A stretch of DNA of 32,000 nucleotides from assembly GCF_000011125.1 (NCBI RefSeq), contig NC_000854.2:720001-752000 (forward strand), given 5' to 3'. Within the stretch, counting starts at the first letter, position 1. Each line of letters begins with the position of its first letter. The notes under the pieces are model-generated. The model was not told the DNA's origin, did no database searches, and worked only from the letters and a program-made list of their open reading frames with translations. The position numbers were made by a program, and so were the translations under genes. This DNA comes from Aeropyrum pernix K1 (GTDB taxonomy: Archaea > Thermoproteota > Thermoprotei_A > Sulfolobales > Acidilobaceae). Positions 26,791 through 32,000 of the stretch are shown in pieces.

Positions 26791-27663
26791 CTATCTCCTG
26801 AGCGCCACGGCTATGTAGAGCTTCCTGAGAACGTTTAGAAGGTGGTTCTTCGGCCTAGAAGCCCTTATCACCGTCATGAACTCCTGGCCTACAGTATGGA
26901 TGTTACCCAGGTCTATGACACGGCCTATAACTAATTTCTGGAGCGCTACGTATTTTCCTGCTAGGGTTAGTAGCCTGAGCATTATGAGGTCTGCGAGCAT
27001 TGTTAGCAGAGCTCTCATCGGGGGTATTGTAGATCCTTCCCTCTGCTCTCTCCAAACAACGTTCACCGCTCTGTACCTCAGCCCATGCCTCTTGGCCCAC
27101 ACTACTATCTCGGTGTCGTAGGCAAGCCCATCAGTTCTCGTCCGCTTCATAAGGATTATCTTGGCCGCTCTTCTACTAAGTATCTTCAATCCGGCTTGGT
27201 GGTCTCTAAGTCCTGTCTTAAAGAGTAAATTTACTAGGGAGTTATATGCTACAGAGAGTACTCTCCTTAAGAGGCTATGAGTTCTATACACCCTATTAGC
27301 AATTATCAAGTCTATACCGAGATTCATAGCTAACACTACTGCTTGATTAATAAATATAGGTCTTACAGGTATATCAGCATCTAGTATAACTATGTAGTCG
27401 CCCCGGCTGAAGGGAATGGCATTCTTTATTGAGCCTCCTTTCCCAATCCTTTGTGTAAGGAGCAGGCATTTGGCCACATTTTCCTTTGCCAGTCTTATCA
27501 TTGCTTTTAGCGTCGGCTTGTGGAAGATGTCCGAGACCAGGATTATCTCGTAGGAAAATTTGTGAGAACTTGATAGGCTATTGAAATGCTTGTTTATCAG
27601 ATGTATGCGCTCGTAGAGAGTGTTACCTTCCTTAGCTACTGGTATAACTACGCTCACGATCAT
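26791..27663 (-). CDS. GT2-family glycosyltransferase, dolichyl-phosphate hexose synthase-like; first gene of the 8-gene GT operon
   Basis: VSVVIPVAKEGNTL, YEIILVSD and YIVILDADIP (DxD), plus a hydrophobic/amphipathic C-terminus as in DPM1/AglD-like enzymes. Assignment is at family level only. Confidence 0.8.
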   Translation of the reverse strand: MIVSVVIPVAKEGNTLYERIHLINKHFNSLSSSHKFSYEIILVSDIFHKPTLKAMIRLAKENVAKCLLLTQRIGKGGSIKNAIPFSRGDYIVILDADIPVRPIFINQAVVLAMNLGIDLIIANRVYRTHSLLRRVLSVAYNSLVNLLFKTGLRDHQAGLKILSRRAAKIILMKRTRTDGLAYDTEIVVWAKRHGLRYRAVNVVWREQREGSTIPPMRALLTMLADLIMLRLLTLAGKYVALQKLVIGRVIDLGNIHTVGQEFMTVIRASRPKNHLLNVLRKLYIAVALRR

Positions 27664-27755
27664 TTAGAAGACCCTTTGCATGATTTTCATTTACTCTAGC
27701 TTATCTAGCCTCTAACCTATGCATAGTCATATTGTCTCTCAATATTATCTCAGGG

Positions 27756-28187
27756 CTAGGACGCCCATGGTTTGAAATAATCTACCGTTTCTAGTATTCT
27801 CCTTCCAAGATATAATACATAGGAGATCTTACTCTTTAATAGTGCAAGAGAGGTGATATTTTTTAAGGCTAGGAGCCTGGAGAGCCCAAGTAGTATTAAG
27901 GTGCCTCTGAGCGTGTAGAGTTCCAACTGGGCTATTATCTCTGCGAGGATGTTTCTTAGCTTCTCAGCCGTGTACTTCTTAACTTTTGCCCGTGCCGCTG
28001 CTTCTAGGATGCTCCTTTGTAGTGGCTTAAGGGCTCTCCAAAAGGCTCCATTACGCTTTGCCCTTCTAATGGCCCGGAGGGCGGTTTTTGGCGTTATTTT
28101 GTCGGGCTTTAGCAGCTGTAGCGCGAGACTCCTTATTGAATCGTTGGAACCTCTAGTAGTTGTAACGCCCCCCGGGCTTCTTTCCAT
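27756..28187 (-). CDS. Hypothetical all-helical basic protein (143 aa from ATG 28187; the track ORF extends to 28343)
   Basis: The ORF from MERSPGG has normal composition. The 52 upstream codons are AT-rich and of low complexity, so they are likely promoter DNA. No motif recognised. Confidence 0.45.
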   Translation of the reverse strand: MERSPGGVTTTRGSNDSIRSLALQLLKPDKITPKTALRAIRRAKRNGAFWRALKPLQRSILEAAARAKVKKYTAEKLRNILAEIIAQLELYTLRGTLILLGLSRLLALKNITSLALLKSKISYVLYLGRRILETVDYFKPWAS

Positions 28188-28447
28188 GTAGTTGTCCCCA
28201 ATGATTGGACTATTATTTGGTTGAGAAATATATTTAAATGTTATGGCAGTATCTTTGTTTAAACAAATAAATATGATGTACCTTATTTTTTGTATTATAA
28301 GTTGAATATTATGAAAATTATAAGTAGTGTGGCATAGATCCATAAGTTTTATATATAGCCTAGGAAGTTAAGAGTTAGCGGACGAAGATCGTTCCACAGC
28401 GAAAGGGGATTTAGATAGAAAGTTTATATCTGCTATGCATCATTAGC

Positions 28448-28762
28448 CTATTTTTCTCTTGATTCCTCTTCACCTGTAGCCTGATTCTCGTGTTTAATCT
28501 CTTGTTCCAGCTTTTTTAACTCTTCTTCAATTTCCTTTTCAATCTCCTCGATAGGTTTAGGTGGCGGTGTTGTGGCTAGTACATATCCTATCCAGGCTAG
28601 GAGGCCGAAGAAGCCTGCGACTGCTGCGAAGCCAGTAAGTTTTATCACGAACTCCCATATTTTCTCTGTGAAGAATACTAGGTAAGCATACACGATTATG
28701 ATTGCTAGAGAGCCGATTAGGAGGCCGAAGCCTACTATCCTATCGCGGTCCAAGCTAGTCAC
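28448..28762 (-). CDS. Small membrane protein (2 TM helices) with a Glu/Lys-rich coiled-coil tail; hypothetical
   Basis: 104 aa with a GTG start. It has helices IVGFGLLIGSLAIIIVYAYLVFF and FAAVAGFFGLLAWIGYVLA, followed by PPPKPIEEIEKEIEEELKKLEQEIK. Confidence 0.55.
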   Translation of the reverse strand: MTSLDRDRIVGFGLLIGSLAIIIVYAYLVFFTEKIWEFVIKLTGFAAVAGFFGLLAWIGYVLATTPPPKPIEEIEKEIEEELKKLEQEIKHENQATGEEESREK

Positions 28763-28873
28763 CCGATCTACACGTCTTTTTTACTATCCTTACCGTATTA
28801 GGGCAGCCACATATCTAAAATATCTTTCCTATACTAACATATTATGCTAATCATAAGGTCATGACATTTGGTA

Positions 28874-29434
28874 CTATTCGATAACTGCTTTGACGAGGCT
28901 GTATAAATAAGAAACGTTGTGTTCTATAGTGTTTGACTCTGTGTCTAGCACGAGCTGAGGGTTTTCAGGGGGTTCGTAAGGATCTGTTATGCCAGTGAAG
29001 TTTTCCAGCTCTCCCTTGAGGGCTTTCTTGTAAAGGCCCTTGGGATCTCTCCTTATTACTTCCTCGAGGCTTGCCTTGACGTATATCTCGAGGAAGGGTA
29101 TGCCCTCCTCCTCCACTATCCTCCTCACCATGTTCCGTGCCTGCTTGTAGGGGGAAACGAAGCTGCAGATGACTATAACTCCATTTCTTGCTAGGAGACG
29201 TGCTATCCACGCTATCCGCTTGAGGTGTCTAAGCCTCTCCTCTCTAGTGAAGCCCGCTCCCTCGCTGACTGTAGTCCTGGCCCAGTCTCCGTCCAGCACC
29301 TCGACCCTGTATCCTTCTTTTTGGAGGAGATCTGCCAGGCGGGTTGCTATTGTTGTCTTGCCGCTACCGGGGAGGCCGGTTAGCCAGACAACTATACCCT
29401 TTTCTATGCACTTGTAGGTGGTCAAGGCTTGCAC
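28874..29434 (-). CDS. cysC: Adenylylsulfate (APS) kinase
   Basis: 186 aa with VVWLTGLPGSGKTTIA (P-loop), LDGDWAR and SFVSPY, the canonical CysC motifs. Confidence 0.92.
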   Translation of the reverse strand: MQALTTYKCIEKGIVVWLTGLPGSGKTTIATRLADLLQKEGYRVEVLDGDWARTTVSEGAGFTREERLRHLKRIAWIARLLARNGVIVICSFVSPYKQARNMVRRIVEEEGIPFLEIYVKASLEEVIRRDPKGLYKKALKGELENFTGITDPYEPPENPQLVLDTESNTIEHNVSYLYSLVKAVIE

Positions 29435-29557
29435 CCTGTCAGGCCTAGCCGTGCATGTCCTTATTAGCTGTAATGTCTAGATGTTGTTTTAATATTGTTT
29501 TCCGGTCTATCCTCGGTTGCCTGCCCTCCTCGCTAACACCGGAATCCAGCGGAAACT

Positions 29558-29609
29558 ATTTATAACTATCCTAGGGTAATTCAGATGGCAGGTTAGACAG
29601 GAGGAGGTG
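29558..29609 (+). promoter_or_regulatory. Candidate TATA box (ATTTATAA, 29558-29565) and a strong Shine-Dalgarno (GAGGAGGTG, 29601-29609) for the RHH-tauE-sat operon
   Basis: The TATA lies about 52 nt upstream of ATG 29617, and the SD ends 7 nt before the ATG. Identified by sequence pattern only. Confidence 0.4.
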
Positions 29610-29616
29610 TTTCGCT

Positions 29617-29826
29617 ATGGGTGATAAGGTAGCTATTGAGATTTCCAGGGAGCTTTATGAGAAGGCTAGGAAGTTTATAGAGGAGAACGGAGGGTTTAAG
29701 GATGTTTCCGAGCTGGTCGAGTTTCTCCTGAACGAGGCTATATCTGACGAGTCGGAGAGCGTGGGGATGACGCCCGAGGAGGAGGAGAAGGTTAAGGAGA
29801 GGCTCAGGAGCCTAGGCTATATCTAG
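29617..29826 (+). CDS. Small ribbon-helix-helix (CopG/Arc-like) protein; putative transcriptional regulator
   Basis: 69 aa. KVAIEIS (beta strand) is followed by RELYEKARKFIEE and VSELVEFLLNEAI (two helices), which fits the RHH pattern, then an acidic tail. It has a strong SD and sits 20 nt upstream of the permease gene. Confidence 0.55.
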   Translation: MGDKVAIEISRELYEKARKFIEENGGFKDVSELVEFLLNEAISDESESVGMTPEEEEKVKERLRSLGYI

Positions 29827-29846
29827 CCCTCCCTGCAGGGTGTAGT

Positions 29847-30650
29847 ATGTCATTGGGGGACCTGGGCCTCCCTTACTTGTCTGCTGTTTTTATGAGCGGC
29901 TTGATAGCCTCATCCCTGGATTACGGCCTGGGCCTGGGCTTCGGCCTACTGGCTACCCCTATTCTGGTTGTTATGGGGCTTGACCCTAGGCAGGCTATAG
30001 CGGCGGCCCTAGTTGCACAGGTGATCTCGTCAGCTACTGCCCTCATTGCTTGGCGCTCCCATGGGGCCAAGCCTCCCTCAACTGATGTTCTATTAGTTTT
30101 GATAGCGTCGTCCCTTGCTGGCGTTGTTTTGGGATCCGTGTTCATGAGTCTACTTGGCGATGCAGAAGCTCTAGCCATATACACGGTAGCCCTGGCAGGT
30201 ATCGCCACACTCTACATGGCCACTGCAACAGACAGCTATAGTCTGGAGGTTAGGAGGCTAGGTAGGAGACCCATCACCATTCTAGGGGGCTTCCTGGGAG
30301 GCCTTTCAAAGGCTCTCTCAGGCGGCGGTTTCAGCCCCATATTGGTGGCGTCCCAAAGGGTCTCGGGAGTCGACTACAAGGCGTCCCTCGTGGCCATACC
30401 ACTTGTGAAGCCTCTCGCATTCTTGGCTGCCGCAGTGATATACTCTTGGGCGGGTTACATGGAGCCTTATACCGCGGCCTCGCTCACGGCCGGGAGCATA
30501 CTCGGCTCCCTGTTAGCCCCCAGGCTGTCACGCTTAATACCACGACGGTGGGCCCACGCCCTAGTAGGCCTAGCCTTGGCTGCCGCTATGTTGAAAGCTG
30601 TCTACAGGCTCACGCTTGAGTATGGGGTGCTCGGTCGGGTTGGTTTCTAG
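29847..30650 (+). CDS. TauE/SafE-family (DUF81) anion permease, sulfite/sulfonate exporter-like
   Basis: 267 aa with about 8 TM helices, Gly-rich (GGFLGGLSKALSGGGFSPILV), and a size and topology typical of TauE/SafE. Confidence 0.75.
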   Translation: MSLGDLGLPYLSAVFMSGLIASSLDYGLGLGFGLLATPILVVMGLDPRQAIAAALVAQVISSATALIAWRSHGAKPPSTDVLLVLIASSLAGVVLGSVFMSLLGDAEALAIYTVALAGIATLYMATATDSYSLEVRRLGRRPITILGGFLGGLSKALSGGGFSPILVASQRVSGVDYKASLVAIPLVKPLAFLAAAVIYSWAGYMEPYTAASLTAGSILGSLLAPRLSRLIPRRWAHALVGLALAAAMLKAVYRLTLEYGVLGRVGF

Positions 30651-31791
30651 GCCTCATGGAGGGAGGCTGGTAAGGAGGGTTTTAAGCGGTAGGAGGAGGG
30701 AGATTTTCGAGTCACAGTATAGGGAGATGCCTAGGCTTGAGGTGCCTCTGGAGAGGGCTATCGACGCTGAGGACCTCGCCCGGGGGGTTTTCAGCCCTCT
30801 CGAGGGCTTTATGGTCGAGGACGACTACCTGAGTGTTCTGAGCCGTATGAGGCTATCTAACGATCTGCCATGGACCATACCTATAGTGCTTGACGCCAAT
30901 AGGGAGTGGGTTTTAAACGAGGGTGTTTCAGCGGGGGACGATATCATACTCACCTATCATGGGCTCCCGATTGCGGTATTGACGCTTGAGGACATATACT
31001 CCTGGGATAAGGGGCTTCACGCCGAGAAGGTCTTCAAAACACGTGACCCAAACCATCCTGGAGTGGAGGCGACCTACAAGAGGGGCGACATACTACTGGG
31101 AGGCAGGCTGGAGCTCATCCAAGGTCCTCCCAACCCCCTGGAGAGGTACACACTCTGGCCTGTCGAGACTAGGGTCCTCTTCAAGGAGAAGGGGTGGAGG
31201 ACGGTAGCAGCATTCCAGACAAGAAACGTACCTCACTTGGGCCACGAGTATGTTCAGAAGGCTGCTTTGACTTTCGTGGACGGGCTGCTGGTGCACCCTC
31301 TGGCTGGGTGGAAGAAGAGGGGAGACTATAGGGACGAGGTCATAATAAGGGCTTACGAGGCGCTGATAACACACTACTACCCCCGGGGTGTCGTCGTCCT
31401 CTCCGTCCTGCGGATGAACATGAACTACGCAGGCCCCCGGGAGGCGGTGCACCACGCCATAGTTAGGAAGAACTTCGGCGCCACACACTTCATCGTGGGC
31501 CGCGACCATGCGGGGGTCGGGAGCTACTACGGCCCCTACGAGGCGTGGGAGATCTTCCGAGAGTTCCCCGACCTAGGTATAACACCACTCTTCGTACGGG
31601 AGGCCTACTACTGTAGGAGGTGCGGTGGCATGGTTAATGAGAAGGTCTGCCCCCATGGGGACGAGTATAGGGTGAGGATAAGCGGGACAAGATTGAGGGA
31701 GATGCTGGGCAGGGGCGAGAGGCCGCCTGAGTATATGATGAGACCTGAGGTTGCCGACGCGATAATATCCCATCCCGATCCGTTCATATAA
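30616..31791 (+). CDS. sat: Sulfate adenylyltransferase (ATP sulfurylase)
   Basis: Motifs PHGGRLV near the N-terminus, QTRNVPHLGHEY (QxRNxxHxxH) and GRDHAGVG. The start is TTG 30616 or ATG 30622, and it overlaps the permease stop. Confidence 0.93.
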   Translation: MSMGCSVGLVSRPHGGRLVRRVLSGRRREIFESQYREMPRLEVPLERAIDAEDLARGVFSPLEGFMVEDDYLSVLSRMRLSNDLPWTIPIVLDANREWVLNEGVSAGDDIILTYHGLPIAVLTLEDIYSWDKGLHAEKVFKTRDPNHPGVEATYKRGDILLGGRLELIQGPPNPLERYTLWPVETRVLFKEKGWRTVAAFQTRNVPHLGHEYVQKAALTFVDGLLVHPLAGWKKRGDYRDEVIIRAYEALITHYYPRGVVVLSVLRMNMNYAGPREAVHHAIVRKNFGATHFIVGRDHAGVGSYYGPYEAWEIFREFPDLGITPLFVREAYYCRRCGGMVNEKVCPHGDEYRVRISGTRLREMLGRGERPPEYMMRPEVADAIISHPDPFI

Positions 31792-31815
31792 TAAACCGTA
31801 GGCTGTAGGAGACCA

Positions 31816-32000
31816 CTATACTGCCCCCCTCCCTCTATCCTTCATATGTGACTCGAGGCCGTAGTGGGCTAGTATAATCTCTTTAACCCTTTGTATAGGT
31901 ACGGTACTATCTTTCACGGCCTCCTTTAGTACGTCTGCATTCCCTCCTATGATGCCGTGCCAGTCGTGGACGGCGTCGTCGGGGCCTCTATCGTTTTCCT
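31816..32000 (-). CDS. 3' end of an unidentified CDS running into the window edge
   Basis: The minus strand is open for 60 codons from the window edge (…HDWHGIIGGNADVLKEAVKDSTVPIQRVKEIILAHYGLESHMKDRGRGAV) to a TAG at 31816-31818. It is not in the ORF track because its start lies outside the window. Confidence 0.4.
   Translation of the reverse strand, partial: ENDRGPDDAVHDWHGIIGGNADVLKEAVKDSTVPIQRVKEIILAHYGLESHMKDRGRGAV

Larger units (their letters stand above)
9444..28343. other. Low-G+C, compositionally mosaic genomic island carrying surface-glycan biosynthesis genes
   Basis: By eye, G+C drops from roughly two-thirds or more in 1-8 kb (hand count of nt 1-60 is 78 percent) to about one-third in the core (hand count of nt 22201-22260 is 28 percent). 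The rml operon and 25.7-27.7 kb are intermediate. Almost all island genes are on the minus strand. No integrase or tRNA was seen at the borders. Confidence 0.7.

Noticed and set aside
28410-28447. AAUGAUGC on the minus strand upstream of the 104-aa gene as a C box
   Set aside because: The box is imperfect, and no D or D' CUGA occurs downstream.
31735-31800. AUGAUGA (31735-31741) at the 3' end of sat as a possible second C/D box sRNA
   Set aside because: There is no C' box, and no CUGA lies at the required 12-nt spacing (the only CUGA follows after 3 nt). It lies inside coding sequence.
1-32000. Searched for CRISPR arrays, tRNA/rRNA genes, integrases, transposases, IS inverted repeats and att-like direct repeats at the island borders
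   Set aside because: No regularly spaced repeats, no T-loop/cloverleaf-like G+C-rich non-coding segment, and no recombinase-like ORF were seen. Island mobility therefore cannot be claimed from this window. A by-eye scan cannot exclude short att repeats.

Overview
Archaeal chromosome segment, crenarchaeal in style: G+C-rich flanks, AGG/CTC/GAG codon usage, frequent GTG/TTG starts, TATA boxes about 25 nt upstream of starts. An Aeropyrum-like organism is only a guess. The window has three parts. (1) 1-8.0 kb is a very G+C-rich housekeeping and RNA-processing neighbourhood: a THUMP/SPOUT-like RNA methyltransferase, a radical SAM enzyme, RNase P protein Pop5, a YchF-type GTPase, SBDS/Sdo1 and a metallophosphoesterase. 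A canonical C/D box sRNA, invisible to the ORF track, sits in the 125-nt gap at 2921-3045. This is followed by three uncharacterised secreted or membrane proteins. (2) About 8.0-27.7 kb is a surface-glycan biosynthesis locus, mostly on a markedly low-G+C, compositionally layered island. It holds a Wzx-like flippase, the rmlABDC dTDP-rhamnose operon, an alkaline-phosphatase/NPP-family enzyme, two methyltransferases (one frameshifted), seven GT2/GT4 glycosyltransferases and a 770-aa GT-C-like polytopic membrane protein. The genes are separated by four unusually long AT-rich non-coding spacers that appear to hold decayed gene fragments. No integrase, tRNA, CRISPR or transposase was seen. (3) 27.7-32 kb holds two small ORFans and a sulfate-activation cluster (cysC, then divergently an RHH protein, a TauE/SafE permease and sat). 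The best candidate for something undescribed is the O-antigen-like archaeal glycan island directly abutting a PAPS-generating module. All family assignments come from motif recognition by eye, not from database searches.
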